Notes: generated from the letters alone by a model not told the origin. A stretch of DNA of 64,000 bases from Acidimicrobiales bacterium (GCA_050010115.1 JBEKLQ010000001.1:5091-69090); one strand, 5' to 3'; shown: positions 47,423 through 62,509, counted from the stretch's first letter. Translations and numbers: made by a program.

Positions 47423-48151
47423 GTGAGCGCGCTCCGCGCTGTCGACCTCGACCTTCTCGGAGGCCCACGGCCGCCGGCGGCCGAGGCTTCCGAAGCGCTC
47501 GTCGCACGCGCTCGTGACGGGGACAAGTCTGCGTTCGAGGAGCTCGTCCGGCTCACCTCCCCGGCTTGCTACGCGCTGGCGTTCCGTCTCGTCGGGAACG
47601 AGGACGACGCACGAGATGTCGTGCAGGATGCCTACCTCCGGGCGTACCGGGGGTTGAGGCGGTTCCGGGGGGAGGCGGGTTTTGCGACATGGTTGCACCG
47701 CATCACGGTGAACTGCGCTGCGACGCTCCTGGAACGTCGCAGCAAGGCGTCGTGCGACCAGCTCGATGACCTCGACGATTCGGCGCAGCTGATCGAGAGC
47801 CGCTCGGAGCGGGACCCCGAATCAGCCGCGAGCACGGCGGACGACCGTGAGCGCTTGGTCGAGGCTCTCGGCGAGCTGCCTGACCAGCTCCGGCTCGTCG
47901 TCGTCCTGCGGGATGTCTACGACCTCTCGCACCGGGAGATCGCGAAGGAGCTCGGCATCAGCCAAGCCGCCGCGAAGGTCCGCCTCCACCGGGCGCGCCG
48001 GCGCTTGCGCGAGCGGTTGTTCCCCGGGCGGCGGCCAAAGGTCGAGCCGGAGGACCCGATGCCGGAGGACCCGATGCCGGAGGACCCGATGTCGGAGCAC
48101 CCGATGCCGGAGCAGCCTGCCCCGCTGGTGGAGCTGGAGCACTCGGCGTGA
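47423..48151 (+). CDS. ECF-type RNA polymerase sigma factor with a C-terminal (PEDPM)n repeat
   Basis: Sigma-2 region: DARDVVQDAYLRAYRGLRRFRGEAGFATWLHRITVN. Sigma-4 region: LRLVVVLRDVYDLSHREIAKELGISQAAAKVRLHRARRRLRE. Confidence 0.88.
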   Translation: MSALRAVDLDLLGGPRPPAAEASEALVARARDGDKSAFEELVRLTSPACYALAFRLVGNEDDARDVVQDAYLRAYRGLRRFRGEAGFATWLHRITVNCAATLLERRSKASCDQLDDLDDSAQLIESRSERDPESAASTADDRERLVEALGELPDQLRLVVVLRDVYDLSHREIAKELGISQAAAKVRLHRARRRLRERLFPGRRPKVEPEDPMPEDPMPEDPMSEHPMPEQPAPLVELEHSA

Positions 48152-48672
48152 GTCGGTTCGGGGACACGGCGATCGCTGTCGCCACGCGCCGGTCCTGGGC
48201 CTCGATGGCTCGCCCACGCCGGCGGATTGGGTCCGTGAGCTGTGCCGAGGTGGCCGCCGAGCTGCCTGGCATCCTGGACGATCGCCTGCCTGCTGCCGCG
48301 CCACTCGTGTCGCACGTCGAGAGCTGCCTGTTCTGCCAGGCGGAGGTCGCTCGTTACCGCCGGCTCGTGCGCCTGCTCCACCAACTGCGGACGGCCGATG
48401 TCGAGCCACCGCCGGGTGTGGTGGCCGACGTGCTCGCCGTCGTCGGCAGCGCGGCCAACCGCCGGATGATCCGGTCGGTGCTCGACGGACGGCGCCTGGC
48501 CTACGCGGGAACGGTCCTGGCGGCCGGCGGAGCAGCCGCCGGATTGGTGGCGCTGGCGAGGGCGCACACCCGCCATGTAGTACCGGCTGGAGCTGGTGCT
48601 ATCGTGATGGCGCCCGGCGTGCTCGGTGCTCAGCGGGGTGGCGGGCTTGAACGCCCGTCCGGAGGGCAGTAG
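48148..48672 (+). CDS. ZAS-type (zf-HC2) anti-sigma factor, single TM
   Basis: The GTG overlaps the sigma factor stop (GTGA). The H-x3-C-x2-C motif is HVESCLFC, with an upstream Cys (SCAEV). TM segment is LAYAGTVLAAGGAAAGLVALA. The last 10 nt overlap tRNA-Trp. An alternative ATG start lies at 48205. Confidence 0.75.
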   Translation: MSRFGDTAIAVATRRSWASMARPRRRIGSVSCAEVAAELPGILDDRLPAAAPLVSHVESCLFCQAEVARYRRLVRLLHQLRTADVEPPPGVVADVLAVVGSAANRRMIRSVLDGRRLAYAGTVLAAGGAAAGLVALARAHTRHVVPAGAGAIVMAPGVLGAQRGGGLERPSGGQ

Positions 48673-48735
48673 CTCAACTGGCAGAGCACCGGTCTCCAAA
48701 ACCGGCGGTTGGGGGTTCGAGTCCCTCCTGCCCTG
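48663..48735 (+). tRNA. trpT: tRNA-Trp (anticodon CCA)
   Basis: Hand-folded. Acceptor AGGGCAG/CTGCCCT, anticodon loop CTCCAAA, T arm GGGGG-TTCGAGT-CCCTC. It lies immediately upstream of secE, as is typical. Confidence 0.9.
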
Positions 48736-48788
48736 CACAATCAGCATTTCCATAGGTCCATTTGCTCAAATCGAGCCGAGGTCACGCA

Positions 48789-49121
48789 ATGAATCGAGAA
48801 ACCAAGCGCATGCTGCAGCGCCAGGGCCAGCTCGGGCCCGACGGAGCGCCACTGGCGGCCGGTCGCGAGCAGCGCGCCTCGGCGGCGACCACCCGGGCCG
48901 CGGCGGCGCAGCAGGCTGAGCGGCCGAGTTTCTTGCAACGAGTGTCCGAGTACCTCCGAGAGGTACGCAACGAGCTGGTCAAGGTGGCCTGGCCGGGACG
49001 TGCCGAGGTCATCAAGTACACGATCGTGGTGTTCTCCACCATCGTCCTGCTCACCTCGACGGTGTTCGGGCTCGACTTCGTGTTCGCCAAGTTCGTGATC
49101 TTCCTGTTCCCTGCGAAATAA
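48789..49121 (+). CDS. secE: Preprotein translocase subunit SecE
   Basis: [52 protein letters not shown]. It lies between tRNA-Trp and nusG. Confidence 0.9.
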   Translation: MNRETKRMLQRQGQLGPDGAPLAAGREQRASAATTRAAAAQQAERPSFLQRVSEYLREVRNELVKVAWPGRAEVIKYTIVVFSTIVLLTSTVFGLDFVFAKFVIFLFPAK

Positions 49122-49149
49122 CACCAATAAGACCAATCGAGATCAAATC

Positions 49150-49905
49150 GTGAGTGACGAGACCACCTACCTTGACGACGCCTCCGCGGAAGCTGCCCCG
49201 GAGGATGTTGACGCGCCGGACGCCGAGGCGTCCGCCGACGCTGCCGAGGCTGTTGCCGAGCCTGCTGCCGAGCCTGCTGCCGAGGAGGTTGCAGAGCTCT
49301 TCGCCGGCGCCGACGGCGGGGACGAGGAGGAGGAGCCTCGTGAGCGTCCGCCGAGCCCGTACGACCGGCCCGGCCGGTGGTACGTCGTGCACACCTACGC
49401 CGGCTACGAGAACAAGGTGAAGTCCAACCTCGAGAGCCGCATCTCCTCCATGAACATGGAGGAGCGCATCTACGAGGTCGTGATCCCGATGGAAGAGGTC
49501 ATCGAGGTCAAGAATGGCAAGCGGGTGCCGGTCCAGCGCAAAGTCTTCCCCGGCTACCTCCTCTGCCGCTGCGAGCTCGACGACGATTCGTGGTCGGTCA
49601 TCCGCCAGACGCCGGGTGTGACGAGTTTCGTCGGCCCCGGCACGAAACCCACCCCGCTTCCCCGTGGGGAGATCGAAGCGATCCTGCAGGTGCGGCCCGA
49701 GGGCGCCGAGGGCCAGAAGCGGCCGAAGGCTCGCCTGGAGCACGAAGTGGGAGAGACCGTTCGCGTGAAGGAGGGGCCGTTCGCGGACTTCTCCGGCCAG
49801 ATCGCGGAGATCAACGAGGACCAGCTGAAGCTGAAGGTCCTGGTCAACATCTTCGGCCGGGAGACCCCGGTCGAGCTCGAATTCAGTCAGGTCGCCAAGC
49901 TCTAG
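49150..49905 (+). CDS. nusG: Transcription termination/antitermination factor NusG (acidic N-terminal extension)
   Basis: GTG start. [36 protein letters not shown], and the KOW segment [19 protein letters not shown]. Confidence 0.93.
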   Translation: MSDETTYLDDASAEAAPEDVDAPDAEASADAAEAVAEPAAEPAAEEVAELFAGADGGDEEEEPRERPPSPYDRPGRWYVVHTYAGYENKVKSNLESRISSMNMEERIYEVVIPMEEVIEVKNGKRVPVQRKVFPGYLLCRCELDDDSWSVIRQTPGVTSFVGPGTKPTPLPRGEIEAILQVRPEGAEGQKRPKARLEHEVGETVRVKEGPFADFSGQIAEINEDQLKLKVLVNIFGRETPVELEFSQVAKL

Positions 49906-49953
49906 GCCGTCGGCCGCTGAGCGCAGGCACAACAAGGAGAGAGACGCACCACC

Positions 49954-50379
49954 ATGGCACGTCGCCGCGTCACCGCTGTAGTGAAGATCCAGTTGCCCGC
50001 CGGGGCGGCCACTCCCGCGCCCCCGGTCGGAACGGCGCTCGGTCCACACGGCGTGCAGACGATGGAGTTCTGCAAGCAGTACAACGCCGCCACGGAGAAC
50101 CAGCGCGGGACGATCATCCCCGTCGAGATCACGATCTACGAGGACCGGTCGTTCACCTTCGTGCTGAAGACCCCTCCGACGACCGTGTTGTTGCGGGAGG
50201 CGGCTGGCGTCGAGAAGGGCGCCCAGCTGGTCGGGCGGGAGATCGCCGGAACGGTCACCGACTCCCAGCTCACCGAGATCGCAGAGAAGAAGATGCCCGA
50301 CCTGAACGCGAACGACCTCGAGGCGGCTAAGCGCCAGGTCGCGGGTACCGCCCGGTCGATGGGCATCTCGGTCGCCTGA
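49954..50379 (+). CDS. rplK: 50S ribosomal protein L11
   Basis: [47 protein letters not shown]. Confidence 0.95.
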   Translation: MARRRVTAVVKIQLPAGAATPAPPVGTALGPHGVQTMEFCKQYNAATENQRGTIIPVEITIYEDRSFTFVLKTPPTTVLLREAAGVEKGAQLVGREIAGTVTDSQLTEIAEKKMPDLNANDLEAAKRQVAGTARSMGISVA

Positions 50380-50413
50380 CGCGCGGACGACTGAGCACCG
50401 AAAGGGATATGAC

Positions 50414-51136
50414 GTGAGCAACGGAAAGCGATACACCGACCTGCTGAAGCGGTTTGACCGCCAGCGCCTGTACTCGCCGCTCGAGGCCATCGACCTCGTG
50501 AAAAGCCTTGCGGTTGCCAAGTTCGACGAGACGATCGAGATGGCCGTGCGCCTCGGGGTCGACCCTCGCCGTGCCGACCAGATCGTCCGAGGGTCGCTGG
50601 CACTGCCGGCCGGCACCGGCCGGACCAAGCGCGTCGCCGTCTTCGCCGCGGGTGAGGCTGCCGACGAGGCTCGTGCCGCCGGCGCCGACGTCGTGGGCTC
50701 AGACGACTTGGTGGCGAGGATCGAGAAGGAAGGGTTTCTCGAGTTCGACGTCGCAATCGCCACTCCCGACCTCATGGCGCAGGTCGGCCGGCTCGGGCGC
50801 GTCCTCGGGCCCCGAGGGTTGATGCCCAACCCGAAGACCGGCACCGTCACCACCGACGTCGCTCGGGCCGTGAGCGAATTCCGGGGCGGCCGCGTCGAGT
50901 ACCGCACCGACCGTGTGGGCAACATCCACGTGCCGATCGGGAAGGCATCCTTCGAGCGCGAGCAGCTGATCGAGAACTTCCGTGCCGTCGTCGACGAGCT
51001 GCTCCGTGTGAAGCCAGCCGCTGCGAAGGGGCGCTACATCCGTTCGGTCACGCTGAGCTCCACCCAGGGACCGGGCGTCCATATGGACCCGACGCGGGTG
51101 CGCATCACCGACGAGGAGCTCGCCGCAACCGCTTGA
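50414..51136 (+). CDS. rplA: 50S ribosomal protein L1
   Basis: GTG start. FDETIEMAVRLGVDPRRADQIVRGSLALPAGTG, LGPRGLMPNPKTGTVT. Confidence 0.95.
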   Translation: MSNGKRYTDLLKRFDRQRLYSPLEAIDLVKSLAVAKFDETIEMAVRLGVDPRRADQIVRGSLALPAGTGRTKRVAVFAAGEAADEARAAGADVVGSDDLVARIEKEGFLEFDVAIATPDLMAQVGRLGRVLGPRGLMPNPKTGTVTTDVARAVSEFRGGRVEYRTDRVGNIHVPIGKASFEREQLIENFRAVVDELLRVKPAAAKGRYIRSVTLSSTQGPGVHMDPTRVRITDEELAATA

Positions 51137-51187
51137 GCGCTTCGCTCGTAGCGCGGGCGGTTGGAGGGCTGCGCTGGGCCAGCTGGC

Positions 51188-51236
51188 TGGGCGATTGGGC
51201 GTTGGGCGTTCGGCGTTGGGCGTTGGGCGTTGGGCG
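51188..51236. repeat. Heptanucleotide tandem repeat (TTGGGCG)x~7
   Basis: The sequence reads tgggcgattgggcgttgggcgttcggcgttgggcgttgggcgttgggcgg, in the rplA-rplJ intergenic region. Confidence 0.9.
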
Positions 51237-51247
51237 GGAGAGCCGGG

Positions 51248-51310
51248 CATAATGTCAATTCCGAGAGTTGCCACTTAGCAATAAGTAAGAAGTTTCGAAA
51301 TTAGATGTAC
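51248..51310 (+). promoter_or_regulatory. AT-rich island, candidate rplJL promoter region
   Basis: By my count 22 of 63 bases are G or C, in an otherwise very GC-rich window. It contains CATAAT (51248-51253) and TTGCCA (51268-51273), but I could not pair a -35 and -10 at canonical spacing. Confidence 0.3.
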
Positions 51311-51594
51311 CCACCGCCCGGAAGAGCGAATTCGTCGCCGGCGAGACGGTTACGCCTGCCGCAGGCCTGATAGGCGATGTCGCCCGTGCAGAGGCCTCCT
51401 TGCCGTCGGCTACGATGTCTCCTCACAACTGACCAAGTCGCCAGAGACATCCGGTGCACCACGGTGCTCAAAGGGCTTCGGCCCGCCCGACGAGGCGAAG
51501 TCGTAAGGCTTCCTTTCGTCCGCGCCGTGCAGCACCCGAGTTGACGACCGGGTCGCACAGATCGCAAGTTACGAAGACGACGAAGGGAGTGCAG
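51311..51594 (+). promoter_or_regulatory. Probable rplJ 5' leader (L10/L12 autoregulatory leader expected here)
   Basis: About 280 nt of non-coding sequence lie between the AT-rich island and the rplJ start. Such leaders are established upstream of rplJ in many bacteria. I did not verify any structure. Confidence 0.3.
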
Positions 51595-52599
51595 GTGGCT
51601 GGCCCAAGAGCCGAAAAGATCGCCGTGGTCGAGGAGGTCCGAGGCCACCTCGAGCAGGCGGACGCCGCCATCCTCACCGAGTACCGGGGCCTCAAGGTCA
51701 CCGATCTTTCCACGCTGCGCCGAGCGCTGCGCGCCGCCGGTGCGGACTACAAGATCTACAAGAACACCCTGGTCAAGCGTGCTACTGCCGACACTCGCCA
51801 CGCCGTGATCGGCACGCTGCTCGAGGGTCCCACCGCGATCGCCTTCGTGGAGCACGACGTAGCGGCGGCGGCGAAGGTCCTGCGGGAGTTCGCCAAGACG
51901 CACCCGGCGCTTGTAGTGAAGGGGAGTTTCATCGGCTCGGGCCTCCTCGACGCTCGGACGACCAACGCCCTCGCCGACCTTCCGTCCCGTGAGGTGCTGC
52001 TCGCTCAGATCGCCGGAGCGCTGGCCGCACCGTTGCGCCAGTTCGCCAGCTTGCTGAAGGCGCTTCCGCAGAACCTCGCCTACGGGCTCTCGGCGCTCAT
52101 CGACCAGCGGGTGGCTGGCGGGGAGCTTCTGCCCGCCGTCGCCGACGTCGCCCCAGCCGCCGACGTCGCCCCAGCCGCCGACGTCGCCCCAGCCGCCGAC
52201 GTCGCCCCAGCCGCCGACGTCGCCCCAGCCGCCGACGTCGCCCCAGCCGAGCAAGCTGCACCAGCTGAGGTCGCCGCAGAGGAGGCACCCGCCGAGGAAG
52301 CCGCACCAGCTGAGGCTGCAGCGGAGGCACCGGCGGAGGCCGGGGCTGCAGCCGCCGACGAGGCAGCGCCGGCTGAGGCTGCCGTCGTCGAAGGGCGGAC
52401 GGATGAGGCCGCGGCCGATGTGAGCGCCTCCGGGGACGCTGATGATGCGGAGGGCGAGGTTTCGAGCCCCGAAGCATCATCGGAGGCCTCGGCTGCCGCC
52501 GAGGCGGAGGGCGAGGTTTCGAGCCCGGAGGCATTATCAGTGGCCCCGCCAGCCGGCGATGCCGAAGAGAGCGACACCACTGACGAGAGCGCCGAGTAG
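51595..52599 (+). CDS. rplJ: 50S ribosomal protein L10 with a ~165-aa repetitive acidic/Ala/Pro-rich C-terminal extension
   Basis: The GTG at 51595 follows GAAGGGAG (GTG 51589 is an alternative). AEKIAVVEEVRGHLEQADAAILTEYRGLKVTDLSTLRRALRAAGADYKIYKNTLVKRA is a typical L10 sequence. The ORF continues uninterrupted to 52599. Confidence 0.88.
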   Translation: MAGPRAEKIAVVEEVRGHLEQADAAILTEYRGLKVTDLSTLRRALRAAGADYKIYKNTLVKRATADTRHAVIGTLLEGPTAIAFVEHDVAAAAKVLREFAKTHPALVVKGSFIGSGLLDARTTNALADLPSREVLLAQIAGALAAPLRQFASLLKALPQNLAYGLSALIDQRVAGGELLPAVADVAPAADVAPAADVAPAADVAPAADVAPAADVAPAEQAAPAEVAAEEAPAEEAAPAEAAAEAPAEAGAAAADEAAPAEAAVVEGRTDEAAADVSASGDADDAEGEVSSPEASSEASAAAEAEGEVSSPEALSVAPPAGDAEESDTTDESAE

Positions 52600-52651
52600 C
52601 GCTCCGTCTTGATCTGACGACCCACTAGCAGGAAACGACAGGGAGCAACTG

Positions 52652-53032
52652 ATGGCAACCAAGGAAGAGATCCTCGACGGCATCGCCAGCATGACCGTCC
52701 TCGAGCTGAGCGAGCTCCTGAAGGAGTTCGAGGAGCGTTTTGGCGTTACGGCCGCCGCCCCGGTCGCCGTTGCGGCTGCCCCTGCCGGCGCCGGCGAGGC
52801 CGCTCCGGTCGAGGAAGAGCAGGACGAGTTCGACGTCATCCTCACGGCCGCCGGCGACAAGAAGATCCAGGTCATCAAGGAGGTCCGTTCGCTCACGAAC
52901 CTCGGCCTCAAGGAGGCCAAGGACCTGGTCGACGGCGCGCCGAAGCCCGTGCTCGAGAAGGTGACGAAGGAAGACGCCGAGAAGGCCAAGGCCCAGCTCG
53001 AGACCGCCGGCGCCTCCGTCGAGCTCAAGTAG
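52652..53032 (+). CDS. rplL: 50S ribosomal protein L7/L12
   Basis: [32 protein letters not shown]...[32 protein letters not shown]. Confidence 0.96.
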   Translation: MATKEEILDGIASMTVLELSELLKEFEERFGVTAAAPVAVAAAPAGAGEAAPVEEEQDEFDVILTAAGDKKIQVIKEVRSLTNLGLKEAKDLVDGAPKPVLEKVTKEDAEKAKAQLETAGASVELK

Positions 53033-53043
53033 TCAGGGGCGGG

Positions 53044-53067
53044 GGGCGCCGGGCTTGCCCGGCGCCC
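53044..53067 (+). terminator. GC-rich hairpin after rplL (candidate attenuator/terminator, no U-tract)
   Basis: GGGCGCCGGG-CTTG-CCCGGCGCCC forms a 10-bp perfect stem 12 nt after the rplL stop. Confidence 0.45.
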
Positions 53068-53100
53068 GATCGCCCGATCCGGTGGCGGAGGGATTATCCC

Positions 53101-53182
53101 TTGACGCCGGGCGGCGCTTCCCGTACCCTTCCCCGGGGCAAGTTGCCCGGGTGTTGCTCGCGCGTCCTGACGCGAGTATGCT
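53101..53182 (+). promoter_or_regulatory. Two candidate sigma-70-type promoters upstream of rpoB
   Basis: TTGACG (53101-53106), 17 nt, TACCCT (53124-53129). TTGCTC (53154-53159), 17 nt, TATGCT (53177-53182). Pattern match only. Confidence 0.3.
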
Positions 53183-53298
53183 GTTCTGTTGCCGTGCCCT
53201 CCCCGCGCTTGATTGCAATCTCCTGTCTACCTTGACGCGCGCCCGGGCACGGACCGTCCCGAGTTCCCGGTCGTCTCGTTTTCGCGAGGAGTAGAGCC

Positions 53299-56877
<3,579 letters not shown>

Positions 56878-56878
56878 G

Positions 56879-60997
<4,119 letters not shown>

Positions 60998-61060
60998 CTT
61001 TCTTTGTAGCGCCCACGCGGGGCGTCGGTGCTCCGGGCTCGAAACCTAACCCGGTTCACC

Positions 61061-61110
61061 GCCGCCCCGCGTGCCGCGTGCCGCGTGCCGCGTGCCGCGT
61101 ACGGGGCGGC
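61061..61110 (+). terminator. 9-bp GC stem enclosing a (CGTGCCG)x4 heptamer repeat, downstream of rpoC
   Basis: GCCGCCCCG (61061-61069) pairs with CGGGGCGGC (61102-61110). The loop consists of CGTGCCG repeated at 61070-61097. A (GCCGGC/GGCGCC)-type tract at 61111-61138 follows. Confidence 0.35.
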
Positions 61111-61172
61111 GCCGGCGCCGGCGCTGGCGCCGGCGCCGTTTGGCTCGTGACGCACGGCGACGGAAGCAGACT

Positions 61173-61221
61173 GGGTGCACAGCGTGTCGTAAACGAGCCC
61201 GTTACAACACGCTGTGCACCC
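61173..61221 (+). terminator. Long near-perfect hairpin (15-bp perfect stem plus a 4-bp extension), candidate terminator or structured RNA
   Basis: GGGTGCACAGCGTGT-C-GTAA-ACGAGCCCG-TTAC-A-ACACGCTGTGCACCC. No U-tract follows. Confidence 0.4.
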
Positions 61222-61289
61222 AGACGGCGTTGAGGGCAGGTGCGCCGCTCGGATCGGGGGCGTAGTCAGAGACGCTCGGATGCTCTAGG

Positions 61290-62144
61290 TTGGCATCGGT
61301 GACCGAGAGCCCGACCGGCGACGTGGCGTCAGCGGCTGTCGCCGGCACACCAGCCCCTTCGACACCAGCCCCTTCGACACCAGCCCCTTCGACACCAGCT
61401 CCTCTCGTGCCGACGGCGGACCCTCCGGTGCCAGCGGCACACGCGTTCCCAGCCGGAGCCGACGCCCCGTTTCCGGCCGTGCCTGCTAAGGCACCCGTGC
61501 CTGCTAAGGCACCCGCGCCTGCCTCCGCACCCATGGTGGCCCAGCCGGCCGACCCGCAGCAGCTGCTCAGGGTGTCCGACTCCGAGCGCGAGCACGTGGT
61601 CACGTTGTTGACCGACGCCTGCGCCGAAGGGCGGCTGACCCTCGAGGAGATGGGTGCCCGCGTGGGCTCGGCCTACAACGCCGTGACCCGGGCGGATCTC
61701 GTGCCGCTCACCGTGGACCTGCCGGTGGGGTCGATGGCGCCGGCACAGGCGCCGGTGCCGGCGGCGGCGCCGGCGGCGGCGGATCTCGTGTACGGCAAAC
61801 CGCCTCGCAAGCACAAGAAGTGGCTGGTCACGGTGATGGGGGAGCTGAAGCGCGGCGTCCCCCGCCTCGAGGAGCACACAGTCGTCGTGACGGTGATGGG
61901 GGAGTCCAAGCTCGACCTCCGTCGGGCGCTCATCGATAGCCCCCACATCGAGCTGCACACGTACCTGCTCATGGGCGAGCAGCAGATCGTGGTGCCCGAG
62001 GGCGTGGAGGTCGACGTGACCGGCTTTGTGTTCATGGGCGAGAAACGCGTCGATGTCGCCGACATCCGCCCTCGCCCCGGCGTACCTCGCCTGCACATCC
62101 GAGTGATCGGGATGATGGGCGAGATCAAGATCCGTACCGGGTGA
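61290..62144 (+). CDS. DUF1707-type protein with a LiaF-C-like C-terminal region and a Pro/Ala repeat N-terminus
   Basis: LRVSDSEREHVVTLLTDACAEGRLTLEEMGARVGSAY matches the DUF1707 pattern. The C-terminal repeated VMGE/MGE beta-strand motif (VTVMGELK, VTVMGESKLDL, LLMGEQQIVVP, VFMGEKRVDV, IGMMGEIKI) is LiaF-C-like. The start is ambiguous (TTG 61290, or an internal ATG near 61533). Confidence 0.65.
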   Translation: MASVTESPTGDVASAAVAGTPAPSTPAPSTPAPSTPAPLVPTADPPVPAAHAFPAGADAPFPAVPAKAPVPAKAPAPASAPMVAQPADPQQLLRVSDSEREHVVTLLTDACAEGRLTLEEMGARVGSAYNAVTRADLVPLTVDLPVGSMAPAQAPVPAAAPAAADLVYGKPPRKHKKWLVTVMGELKRGVPRLEEHTVVVTVMGESKLDLRRALIDSPHIELHTYLLMGEQQIVVPEGVEVDVTGFVFMGEKRVDVADIRPRPGVPRLHIRVIGMMGEIKIRTG

Positions 62145-62276
62145 TTACAGGCTCGCGCCCCGGTCATGTGAAGTCGGTGTGGGCCGGGCGTTCCCGATCC
62201 GTCCGTTCGGTCCGCACCGGCCACCCCCGCACCCGTCCACGCGCCGGCCCGGGCGTCCGTGTGGCAAGCCCCAGCG

Positions 62277-62321
62277 CCGGCCTTCTATCCGGCCTTCTAT
62301 CCGGCCTTCTATCCGGCCTTC
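62277..62321. repeat. 12-bp tandem repeat (CCGGCCTTCTAT)x3.75
   Basis: Three perfect units at 62277-62312 and a partial fourth, in the intergenic region upstream of rpsL. Confidence 0.92.
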
Positions 62322-62339
62322 AGTGTCGCCCAAGCGGTG

Positions 62340-62388
62340 CCGCTGTCACCGTTGGTTTGCACAGTGCAAAGTTGCCGTGACAGCGACG
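62340..62388. repeat. Solitary inverted-orientation copy of the core of the 73-bp repeat family
   Basis: CCGCTGTCACCGTTGGTTTGCACAGTGCAAAGTTGCCGTGACAGCGACG. Its flanks match the reverse complement of the 7.5-kb unit at 12/12 (CCGCTGTCACCG) and 11/12 (GTGACAGCGACG) positions, and the central TGCAC-N-GTGCA is shared. Confidence 0.8.
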
Positions 62389-62509
62389 TGCCCGACCACG
62401 GCTGCCGGCGGCGACGATGCCGGCGCCGCTGCCGGCGACGGCCCGCCGGCTTGGCGGCCGTACCACCCGGCATTTGGGTAATCGGCCAGTCGGAGTGCCC
62501 CAGGGCCGG

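Noticed and set aside
49051-50925. A 624-aa minus-strand ORF spanning secE, nusG, rplK and rplA.
   Set aside because: It crosses four conserved genes and their intergenic gaps on the opposite strand. This is an artefact of GC-rich sequence lacking stops.
51301-52254. A 317-aa minus-strand ORF beginning with a (GWGDVG)n repeat.
   Set aside because: The repeat is simply the reverse complement of the rplJ (ADVAPA)x6 minisatellite. The ORF is antisense to rplJ and its leader.
61173-61221. Whether the long hairpin after rpoC belongs to the 73-bp repeat family, since both contain TGCACAG.
   Set aside because: The shared string is only about 7 nt. The flanking modules (TGTCAC/GTGACA, the 8-nt spacers, GCCGGC-CAAAT-GCCGGC) are absent. 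I treat it as an independent structure.
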